Below are positions 25,528 through 37,400 of a stretch of DNA of 64,000 nt, one piece after another (position 1 is the first letter of the stretch; each line of letters begins with the position of its first letter). This DNA is from Paragordius varius. Lineage: Eukaryota; Animalia; Nematomorpha. The notes beneath the pieces were generated by a model. It was not told where the DNA came from. It did not search any database and saw only the letters and a list, made by a program, of their open reading frames with translations. The position numbers and the translations under genes were made by a program. The stretch spans positions 2,604,001-2,668,000 of the forward strand of contig OZ176059.1 in assembly GCA_964247055.1 (NCBI GenBank), read 5' to 3'.

Positions 25528-27431
25528 AGAGTTATTAAAAAAAAAGTACCCCAGGACATGGCTTCCCCCGGATCTGCGCCCGCATCAGAACCATCAAACT
25601 CTTGATGTGTGTTAATGTAAACGCTATAATCTGCCCCATTCCGCATCATGTTTGCATTTAGCGTATGGTGTTTAATTAAACCGCCCCCTAGGATAAGAAC
25701 ACCGGTAGCGGGTGCGGCTCGAACGGCTAAATCATTTATACGGCGTACATCTATGTTCGCATTGTATGCAGAAGAAAAAATATAGTTAAAAATATAGTTA
25801 AAAATTAATGGAAAAACGACACGTGTAAAAATGCTTTCTTTATACTCTGCTCTGCTCTAATCTATAAACTACTGTTTCAAACAAGGTTATTAAGAGGATA
25901 CAGTAAAAATATATAAATTATACAGACAAAACATAAAACTAGACAGCCATAATTTTTAAAGCTACTGTTTTTTTCATAAAATTCATTGTTTTGTCTAACT
26001 GGTGACACGAACAATTACATACATATCATAATTGTAATTATATAATAAATGTCCAAAAAAATTTAAGGTTTATAAAAGTATCTATCTTAGAGTAACCAAA
26101 TTAATTTATATTTTACAACCCGAAAAATAGGTATTTTCATTAAACCAAGGTTTAAATTTTCTAAGAAAAAATATTTTAGTCTTTTTTATATTTTTTCTTA
26201 ATCTGATGTGACGTGCTACATGATAATTTATTTACACTATCGCACAATAGCGTTTATAACACGACAACAAATTGTGACTTTTTTTAGATAACATTCTTGT
26301 AAATTAAAAATCTATTTCATAATAAATAAATATTTTAATTGAAAAAATTGGTCTAACACCAAAGAGTTTTTTATTAAGGTTCATCAATAATTTTTGGCCC
26401 CGATTAAACTCGAAATTTTCAAAATTAAAAGTTTTAGATATAGAGCCATTATTATATCATTCGAAAGAGGGCGAAAAACTGTATTTTTCGAATAGTAGTT
26501 CGTCATTTAAAACAATCCTGTTTACTTAAGCAATTTTTGCAAGTACATGCCAAAATTTTGGAATGACTTGTATAGAATTACAGATAGATAGATAGATATT
26601 TAATTTTAAGGAGATTTTGTAAACATTTGTAGTTGAAATATCTCGCGGGCTACATACAAGGATTTTGGATCCCTGAAGAAAAATAACTTGTGGAATACAT
26701 GCGTTTGTTTATAAACTAAAATTTTGGTTGTTATAAAACGTAACGTATATATATGAATAAAAACTTTACCCTCAATAATATCCAATTTAAGGCCCGGATT
26801 TTTGTACGAATGAAAATATAACATATCACCAATTGAGCCATCAGTGAGCGCCGGACAAAACACAGGTATATTATTACGGTGACACCAATAATATATTGAT
26901 CTAGGATCATTTATTACATGACCAAACCGTGAAATCATTTTTGATGGGGTCCAATTCGTTCCCTAAAACACATTTTTTAAAAGGGGGAGGTAGGGGCGGA
27001 GTAAGCATAAATAAGAAATATATCCACAACTGTGATCCACTTTTAAAAATAATTGGTTTAAAATATTTGTAGGAGTATAATATGTTATTTCACATAAAAA
27101 CGGGGATAAAATCTTTTATATATACCATTTACGTTTCAAATTCACCCTTAAACATTTCAAATTCACCCTTGAACAATTCAAATTAACCCTAAAAATAAAT
27201 GATGTGTTTTCCGCCTAATATAACTCATTATTAATAAGAAATACAATCTTATGGCATAGTTTATTATATTTTCGGTATTATATTTATTTTAAACGTAAAT
27301 TCTTTTTTTAAAAAATATATAAAAATATAGGTAATTTTTAATCTTGAAAAAACACATGATATATTTTAGAATGAAATTGAGTTATTCGAAATGAGTTTGA
27401 ATTGTTAAGGGTGAATTTGAACTGTAAATGG

Positions 27432-27472
<41 letters not shown>

Positions 27473-30400
27473 CAGTAATTAACCCTTTATAATATCATTT
27501 TATTATTATAATTTTTTGAGACTATTTTATCATGTAGTGCCAAAATAACTAGCTAAAACAGCATTTTAAACCAAACAAAATAAAGCAAAAACGTTTTTTG
27601 GGTGTCGTATTTTCACAAAAAATTGTGCAGCGGGTAATACAAAACCAAAAAGCGCTCCGATTTTCACTGAACATAAAATATACCAATTTATAAAAAATTT
27701 TTTGGTGGATTTGTATGCACGATTACATCAAACCTTGGTATTACTGATAGTTTTGATTGTGAAGTGGCTTGCCTCTTTTAGGTTTAAGAACATAAGGTTT
27801 AAAGTCCTTTTTTAATTTAAACAGTTAAGGACCCAAAAAAACTACTGAAAAATTAAAGTCTCTAAGATTTCATAACTCCAAAACACAGAATAACCGGTTA
27901 GTACCAAAAACCAAAATCCTATACTACATTAGTTTGTCTTATTTCTCCCCTTCTCTGGGGCGATTTTAAAATGTCTTTAAAAAAAGTAGCTAAATTATAT
28001 AAATGTATATAAATATCTTTTCTTTCTTTTTCTATCTACACATACATACATAGTTGCGTTGTTCCACCAACATGTCATCCAAAATGGGTTTTATCCAATC
28101 CTCAAACGCGCAATAATTATCGTTGGGAACCAATAAATTGCCTATGCGATTCAGACCACGTGACCGAAGGACGGAACCTGGCAAATCAAAATCACCCAAG
28201 TATGTTGGTGCCAAACATTTGATTAAATCTTCTTCTACGCCCCCTGCCGTAGTTATTAATACATCCACCTACAATATATATATATATATATATACCATTT
28301 ACAGTTCCAATTGGCCCTTGAACAATTCAAATTCACCCTTGAACAATTCAAATTCTCGCTTGAACAATTCAAATTCACCCTAAAAATAAATTGTGTATTT
28401 TTGAACTAATATAACTCATTATTAATATGAAATATATGTTTATGTTATAGTTTATTCTTTTTTCAGTATTATTTTAATTTAAAACAAAATTTTTATTTTT
28501 TAAAAATATATAAAAATATTGGTAATTTTTAATCCTAAAAAACATTTAATTAATTTGAGGGTGAATTTGAATTGTTCAAGGGTGAATTTGAATTGTTTAA
28601 GGGTGAATTTGAATTGTTTAAGGGTGAAATTGAATTGTAAATGGTATATTAAAAATATTTTTTAATCTGTGTGGCATCCTTTTAAAAGTTTTACAGGTAT
28701 ATTAAAAATTACATGTACTTATATATTTAAATGTAAATACATGTCCCTTTTCGGTACACACATATATGAGATAAGTATGGTATGCTTACATTGCTAGTAA
28801 TTGTTTTTGCATTATTATTGCCAAATGGTTAGTATGTTAATTGCTAATGCTGTTTATGTTCTTCTAACTGGGGCAATATTTAATGAATACTAGCTCAATG
28901 TTTCCTTATTTATACTGAATTCACCCTCGAAACAGCTCAAAATTTAACCCTTAACAACTTAAATTCACCCTAAAATATATCATGTGTTTTGGGGTTAATA
29001 TAACACTTACCAATTATTAAATTACTTTTTAATATTATATGTTAGTTTTCAACAAAATTTTATTTTTTAACATAAAAAAATAGGAGATTTATGTTATTTA
29101 GAACACATTTTAGGGTGAATTTGATATGTTCACAGAGTTTTAGATTTCAAGGGTAAATGTTGATGTATAAATCGGATAAATAGGATTTAAAATATTCAAA
29201 TATCAACTCACAATCCTTACAAATCCCTGTAACAAGTTTGCTTTAAAATAATCAATATTTTTAATAGGATATGTACGGATTTTTAGTTGATATTTCACAA
29301 CTTGTAAATCCTATTTTGTATTAATGTATATATTTGATAATTACCCAATCATGAGAGATTATAAATAAAACGGTAAATTTGACTCATAAACCAGATGACA
29401 AAAAAATTTAAAACAATTTTTAGTTTTATTTTGATACATAAGTTTTTTCTTGAATAAAATATAATTTAGATTATAATGGTGAGTTTAGCTAGTAAATAAT
29501 TAAAAAAAATATATTAATATAGTTTTATAAAAAAATTTGTCTTGTGAGTGTGTTTAATAAAAAAGGCCATCCTTTAAACTGAGATTCCATACAAACCTTA
29601 ACTATATGATTTTAGGATATTTATATATTGAAAATATATCCTAAAATAATAATAAGCCATAGCATCTCAAATTTTATCCTTATCCTTAATTATCCTCAAT
29701 TTTCACTTTTTGCCCAATTTCGATTTTCTCTAAATATTTCAAATAGGCCAACAAACTATAATTTTAACGGCAAATGAATTCACTGGTCATTAGCTATCTC
29801 ATGAAAAAAAAATATTTTCTTAAAATTATTTTGCACACAGTTTATATATACTTATGGTAACGACAATAAATGTACAATAAAACCTTGAATAAATTATATA
29901 ATAAGTGCATATATAAAAGCTAAATCTTATCAAAACTTTTATTAAAACACCATGTGACCTTGTTGAATAGTGCGTTGTCGTTTAATAATTCTTTTTTTTT
30001 AAAAAAAATTAAAACACTCAAATAAATTTAATAGAATGAAAACTTTAAAAGCTATAAATGGTCAAAAAAGCTTTTAAATACAGGAAAAAAAATTAAGTGG
30101 TACTAAAATTGAGTTCGATTGGTCTTACTACTTTGATTAATGCGTATTTTTTTATATTAATTTGAGGAAAGTATATACATATATATAATTGGAATTATAA
30201 GTGTAAAAATTGATAAACATAATAAAAAGCTAAATATATGTTTTGATTATCTTTTAAATAAAAATATTAATAAAGCCAAAACGTCTAATTAAATATAAAT
30301 TTAGGGAAAAAATGATAATTAAACGTTTTAAATAAATATTTTATCAGATGGAATAATTAGTTAGTAACCAATACAAAGTAATGATACTGAGTTCAAATAT

Positions 30401-31535
30401 TAATATACCGATATTGGAAAACTTAAACATGGACAAAAAATATAACAATTATAAAATAATTACATATAAGACTTAACTTAAGGTTTTCACCTCATAGTTA
30501 GTTAGAGTAAAATTCTATAAACTTTTGACATCTTAAACATTACAAAAAAACTCTAATGTCAAAATTTTTGGAGAATGTCATTTATGCAAAATCGCTTATG
30601 AAAAACTTACAAAAAATTGTCATGCGCCAAATTTTGGAATACTTTAATAAAATTAATTTAGCTGTATTATTCAATTAAATATTGATATAACAAATTCCAG
30701 ATAATATAAAATCACACATTAAACACATATATTATTAGAATAGATACAAGTAATAAATCTGAATAAGAATAAAATATATTATGAATTATTTAACTTAATG
30801 GAGGTCCCGTTTCAAAAATAAAAATTACAACAATGCAGTGTTACTAATTTGTGGATCGCCACATCCAAATTTCTCCCCTAAAAGCAATTTAGAAGACTGA
30901 CTTAACCAATAAGATGACTCTTTAATTTATAATTAAAACAAAAATTATTTTAAAATACCATATGATGTTGAACCAAATATCGGATGATATCACGGACGCC
31001 ACATGAAACAAGATTAGAGGTAAAACTTAGGAATATTGCACATTGCCTTGGACTACTTACTTGAGGTATTTTTTGACAACCACAATGGATATAATTATCA
31101 GCAAACGAATAACTGATATAATCGGCATTGGGATCGTAGTAAAGTCCAAATGCATTTTCTTTTTCTTCTCCATTCTCCATAGAATTGTCAACAGTGCTTT
31201 TTGTATTCGCATTATTGAATATTTCGGATTTAGATATTTGGGAATGATTAATACTTTTTCTATGTGCAATCTACAAACGTTATAAATTAGACATAACCAT
31301 TTTATTTATTTCATTGATAGCTATACCCATATTTGTGGCTTGAAATCCCATAAACATCATAGATTTCATTATAGCATCCCAATCAATGCCCAGATTAAAG
31401 TCATATCCATGTATCTTTTATATATAAAAAAAAAACCTGGGGTAGGTTTGTTAATGAAATAGATTTTTTAAAAATAGCATTCCTCATTTCTGAAATAAAC
31501 CCATTTTCATGACAAATCGAAGGCTGCTTATCCAT
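22958..31535 (-). CDS. DHPS: Deoxyhypusine synthase, complete, about 500 aa
   Basis: Eight phase-consistent exons: 31437-31535, 31298-31414, 30959-31270, 28050-28268, 26770-26962, 25550-25750, 23689-23951, 22958-23059. Motifs [119 protein letters not shown] (catalytic Lys), [13 protein letters not shown]. Confidence 0.96.
24853..25496. mobile_element. Minisatellite-TIR MITE family A (TA-CCATTTACA...TAAATGG-TA; 21-bp unit AACAATTCAAATTCACCCTTG), copy with expanded right arm
   Basis: Inverted arms built from 21-bp units. Right arm about 25090-25490 holds roughly 19 units. Lies in DHPS intron 6. Confidence 0.85.
27125..27431. mobile_element. Family A minisatellite-TIR MITE
   Basis: tata-CCATTTACGTTTCAAATTCACCC ... 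GGGTGAATTTGAACTGTAAATGG-tata; DHPS intron 4. Confidence 0.85.
28295..28644. mobile_element. Family A minisatellite-TIR MITE
   Basis: (TA)n-CCATTTACAG ... TTGTAAATGG-TA; DHPS intron 3, adjacent to the exon 4 acceptor. Confidence 0.85.
29160..29850. repeat. Diverged partial copy of the foldback element at 115-2050
   Basis: Shares the centre (aatatttttaataggatatgtacggatt, inverted relative to about 625-650), ctcataaaccagatgacaaa and a whole arm with the first copy. Confidence 0.65.
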
Positions 31536-31602
31536 AATTCAAATTATGCACGCGGACCTACCATAAAAATGTTTGGCAGATATATTAAAATAATTTTTTT
31601 AA

Positions 31603-32172
31603 CACTTGGATACAGCAGATTCATTTTAGTCCTTCGATTCAAATTGGGGTAGTTAAATACCCCAGGCCTGTTTAAAAAATTCTTTAAAAAATATGGAAGG
31701 AATCGAACATGGCAAAATTGTGCACTATAACATTAATAGACCGAAATATATAAATAACTTTATTTAAAAATACTTGATATTACTTATTTTAAGCTAAAAC
31801 CGAGAGGTAGAAATTTTGTGAACGTGACATGTGTGGAATGGTAAAATTGTAAAATACTACGGAATAAACCGCTTTTTCTATTTATATCAATGTTAGATGT
31901 AATTTAAATAAAAAATTAGCTTTAAATTTACCCTTAAAATTAAATGAAGATGATATTTTGTAAAAATTTTATAAAATAAAAATGGCGTCGAAGTAGTTTG
32001 ATATGGAACTTTTTTTTCAAAACAAAATTTTATTTAGATATTTTGGAATATTTATATAATTTGTATTAGGATAGAAGCATAAATTTAAATTAGGACCGTT
32101 TCCTTCAGTTTTTAAAAATCCGAACTCAAATTTAGTCTGGGGTATTTAGATACCCCAAATTGAATCGAAGTG
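31603..32172. mobile_element. piggyBac-type MITE (TTAA-CACTT...AAGTG-TTAA) immediately upstream of the DHPS start codon
   Basis: TTAA at 31599-31602 and 32173-32176. Sub-terminal inverted ttcgattcaaattggggta. Homologous to the copies at 15609 and 57668. Confidence 0.8.
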
Positions 32173-34484
32173 TTAACTAAGCATAGACATCAAATAATAA
32201 AGTACAGCGCTAGAGAGCGATTTTAAAGATGAAAAACTAAATATTTAATGATAGGAATAATTATTACTTATAAGATGCATATTGCAGGCGTAGAGTGTAC
32301 AAAATACATCATTTGAAAAAGATTCAGTTAAAATAAATATTTAATACATAACGTTTTCTAAATTTAAAAGGTATTAAAGTATTGGGCCGATTTTATTTGT
32401 GTTTCTCTAACCTTTGCTTCATATCTTAAGCCAAAATATTATAGTCCTATTCTCAAACTTCTTCGCCGACATTTTTTTCTCTATAATCTTTAATTAAAAA
32501 GGCGATGTTAAAAATTACAATTAATATCTATTGCATTTTGACAAAAGATTTTCGATAATATATGAATTTTTAAATCAGTTGTTTTAAATCATTTAGATCT
32601 ATCCGAATTTTAGATTGTAGAACAGTGATCAGACCTGCCCCTTAAACTTTTTTATGGTCATAAATTACTATATTTTATGATCTACTTATGAAGCATAACT
32701 GCCCATGTGTCGAATATCTATAAATAATGTCATCAGTATGTCCCTTCACACAAAAAATATTTTTACGTGTAAATATTTTTTGGTAAATACCACTGTTGTA
32801 GAAGTTTAGAAACTTTAAGCTTCCTTACTCTATATCTAAGAGTGTTTTATAATTAATATAAACCAAAACAATTTTCATAACACTAGTTTATTTAAAAGAT
32901 TTACCTTCGGAAAACTACTTCCAAATGTGTTCTTTAAAAAAGAAAATGAATTGAAGTGTTAATCCAATACAAAATTTAAAACCTATTATATTTATTTTTT
33001 AGATTAGGGCATTCATAGTCACAGGTTTTTGGTCCATTCTAAAAGTGTCTTCTTAAATAAATGTAAATATTCCGTTGTACGATAATTCATAGCCAGATTG
33101 TGACAACAAAATATATATTGTAAAACAATATATTTTGTTAAAATCCATAATTAGCAAAATTATCATGTAGCGTTTTTATAGTATTTTTTAGCACAAAATG
33201 GAAACGGTCAAAACATAAAAATATTTAGAATTCTCTTTTAATAAAATATAACTAATATTTTCATTACAAAATTCTGATTAGAGTTGTTAAACTTAGGTTA
33301 ATTTAAAACTAATTTAAGTTAATTAAAATTATAAGACAATTTTATTATATTAATAATGATATTTCAAAAACATTTTAATTAAAGTCACAATGAGTTTCTT
33401 CATTAAACGTAAATACAATGATAAGTAATATATATTTTTAAGTAAATAAAAATTAATAAATTAAAATCTTTAATAATTTTATATAACTTTCCCCATAAGT
33501 CTTATTCAAATTAATTCAAAATATTTCGCTAACAAAATTGGATACTAGACACGGTTTGTAGTTAATTTTATTTAAAATGACCACCAATTATAAAAAGAGA
33601 CAAAAACAGCAAATTTGAATAAATTAAGCTGCGATTCGCGGTGCTATGGTAAAAAGGTAAAATGGTAAATGTAAGTAAATTTTAGAGGTTAATTAGAATT
33701 AAATTTATTTGTTATTTATCATTTTGTATATACACGAATATTGTCCAAAAATTGTTGTCTTTTTAGATTATTATTATCTTGAATTCTCGACTTTCATATA
33801 TCTAATTCAAATTATTTAATAAATTCAATCCTTCAAAATATCATTCAAGTCTTGTCAGGTAATTAATTTTAATATGTTATTATGATCTGTCGTCAGTAAT
33901 ATATATGGGAACTTTTCAATTTTTAGATTTATATTCTTAAAGCCAAAAAATTTCTTTTGAACCAATTCATAACTAGTTACATAGGTAGGTCCATCCATAA
34001 AAATTTCCAAAAATCTTAATTTAGTCATTTCTTTGTGTACCTTACTTTTTTGTATTAAAGACGACATGAAAGCATTGGCACCCGCATCTGCCTAGAGCTG
34101 ATGTAAAAAATTTTGAAAACATTTTGGGTATTTAAAATCTTTTGTTCTGTCCAAATAACTTATCAACTTTATACTTTGACACTTGTGTAGGAAAAATATA
34201 TATTAAATTTGTATATGTTAAATATAATATTAATATAAACATTAACATTGACATTGAAAATAAAAAGTAAAAAAATTGTCATAATCATTCGTATCCTTTT
34301 GATGAGGTCATTAAATTAACTTTTAATGTATATAAATATTATATGCGTAAATTTTAAGATGCGCCGTCATGCCTTACGGATAATTTAGAGGAAACAAATT
34401 TATAAATTACATTTAATATAAACTTTAAAAATTTTTTTTAGTTTTTTTTCTAATTATCATCAGAGATAGAACGCAGCACCACCA

Positions 34485-37400
34485 ATGAGAAGGTTTAGCG
34501 ATATAATTGGATTAACGAAAAAAATTGTCACGATTTGTAGCTATTCAACTCTATTAACGTTATATCTAGCTTGTTATTTAGCTAGCAATACAGTGAATGC
34601 GGAAACAGAATTATCTAAAAAGTAATTTTTTAATATATATTGTTATTTGATGATGATCAAAAATAGCTTTTAAACTCTGCATTACTTGCAATCGAATATA
34701 AAATTTTTTAAAGTATATGCTTTCCTATTAAATATTTTTTTTACTGTTTAGAAAAGGATATGAGGAATTTAGATTACGAAATCATATCCCACATAATTTT
34801 CATGATATTCTATTTTTTTTGTAGAGGATTACACTTTAAATTTATGTTTTTAACACTTAAAGAAATAATTTATTTTCACATATATATATATATATATATA
34901 TAGATATTTTATAGTACAAACTTCGTTTCAGATTTTGGCAATTTTAGATTAGTTTTTTACCCTTTAATTTCGAAACTTACCAATTATATAGTCTAATATG
35001 GGGTGTCCAACACAAATGACCTTGCACATCGCATATTTGACTCAAAAAACCGACGGGCCTCATTATATATGGGCATTAATAAATATTTTATAAAACATAA
35101 AATTGTATGTAAAAAAATGCAAACACGATATAATTTGATTATTTTCTCCAATTTTTTCTTGTTCGTTGCCAATCGAAAAGACCTATTGAGAAAATTGTAA
35201 AAAAAAATTTGTGATATCTTTGCTAAAAAAGATTTGGCATTGATTTTATAATTTTTAAAATTTTAGCCATAGTATCGGATGGCCGCATGGTAGACCCCCA
35301 TGTCACAAAATCTACTCAGGGTTATTTCCACCAGCTTAAAAATTAAATTGTATATTTATTGTGGCAAACATAACAGGGGATGACCGATAATAATTTATAG
35401 TTTGCATGCAATTATAATAATAAATTAAGATTTCTAAGACGAGCTATAATTTATATTTTTATCATTTATCAGACAAAATAAAAATTAAATTTATTTTTTA
35501 TTTGTTCAAAATTATTTATTTTATAATGACACATATTTATATAGCTCATACATCACTATTGGTCCAAAAAGTATCCGACCTGGTGGTAAATATGATTTTT
35601 ACGTCCAATCTTTGATCCCGAATTTGGGTTCTTTTAGGGCTGAACTCATATTGGAAAGAATCCCTTTAGGAATATCATCTGGAAGCAATGAAACAATTTT
35701 ACAAAGGATTTTGGCCCAGGCTCAGGCTAACAATATCCGTGGAATCAAACCCTATAGAATAAGCTTCAACGTAATTTATGATTTATTTTATCTTGTAATA
35801 TCTGTAAGTAAACTTACTACATCGCAAGTAAATGTTAGATCCGTTACATGATATATATTTAGAAAAATAAGAGCGGGTGGATTATATATTGCAGTAAAAA
35901 TTTAAGAGGAAGAAAGATTAATATCAAAAAGTTTATGTATATAAAGACGTTGATAAAACACTACATGTCATTTATTTATTAAGTCTACGAAATTTTTAGA
36001 GCGGTCCACATAGCATATTTGATTAGGTTCGTTAATAGGTTTTAACTTGGGACAACTTTACAGCCTTTATCATATAAGCTAAATTTACTTTTGAAGTTTT
36101 TCAAGTTTTACTTTTCAACTTTATTCGCCTTAAATTCTTTCATATTCATTACAAATAAATACAACAATGGGTAGATTCCAACCGATTTTCCATTGAGCGC
36201 ACGGGAGGCAGTTACTTTCCCATCCAACAATGTCGTCACTCTCCGCATATTTGTTAACAACAATACCACCATATCTAATAGTAATGATCGTTCAGGCACC
36301 GGACCTAATTCACAAGGATCCACCAGGTCTGCGAGTTCCGCTTTAATTAGACGACCGGGGCCAATAATACGACCAACACCGATTAACACGAGGAATCAAA
36401 CTCAACTCATGGTAAATCCCAAAGTCCGAGCCATACTAATTCAACTTGATAAGGGAAAGTATAAGCCTGGGGATTTGGGTAGGTATATATTAACTCTCAA
36501 ACATTAGTTTTTAGCGTTAGAAAAAGATATATTCGTGGACCTTTTACAGGTGAGTTTAAATTAACATAAAAATGATGTATATTTTGAAATGAAAATTAAA
36601 TGGTATTTAAAGTTTGTTGTATATACAATCTTATATGTTTTATATGTTATAAATAAATTTTTTTAAGATTTTAATATAAAATACTGATAACTTAGAGAAA
36701 ATGAGATTATTTATTATGTATAATTTTAATTGAAAAGAAAAAATGAATTTCAGAACCTTCAAATGTATGATGCCAAACATAGTAGTTTAAAATATTTGTC
36801 TAAAAGAAAGGACAATTGGCCAAACAAAACATGCTAAAATGTCTAAATTTAACTTGGTCCTTATGTAAAATAACACACTTATAAACTTTTACAATTTAAA
36901 ATACATAATTGAGTGTTTTTGCACCGATTTTTCCGCGATTCTTTATTTCCTAACTCTAAACGATACGTTATAAGTAAAAAATGAGGTTTAATAAATATGG
37001 TTGTCTTATTATAAAATTTATATATTTTGTCTTTTTAAATTTAATTTTCACACTGCATTACATAGTTCGATTCCGAATTATAGTGGTAAATGCCAATCTC
37101 AAACCCGTGTCTGGAAACATAAATATATTTATAACTGATCCAAAGGATAATCGAGTTAAACAATGGTTGGATGAGAAATTGATTGGTGGTATACATTATA
37201 TATATATAATATCATTTTGTGGTTTAGAAGAGATTAACAAAATGAATCATGAATTTTACAATATCTGATAAAATTAGGGGTGCGTGCCATATAAAACAAA
37301 TTAATACAAAAAGCGACAAACAACTAATCATCAGTTTAGTTGTATCTTATTTTACACATGGAGATTTTGTGTAAAAAGATTTATCATATTTTGTATTTAG

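Noticed and set aside
25132-25529. Three overlapping repetitive ORFs (NNSNSPL / FELFKGE / NCSRVNL) and CRISPR-like periodicity
   Set aside because: All are translations of the 21-bp minisatellite. The units are contiguous with no unique spacers, there are no cas genes, and the context is a eukaryotic intron.
23633-31285. Plus-strand ORFs at 23633, 28123 and 31043, and the alternative minus frame 31057..31269
   Set aside because: Antisense or off-frame shadows of DHPS exons.
33855-34110. 70-aa minus ORF with a GC-richer upstream stretch, considered as an extra DHPS 5' exon
   Set aside because: DHPS already has a complete, homology-consistent first exon at 31437-31535, and this ORF has no recognisable motif.
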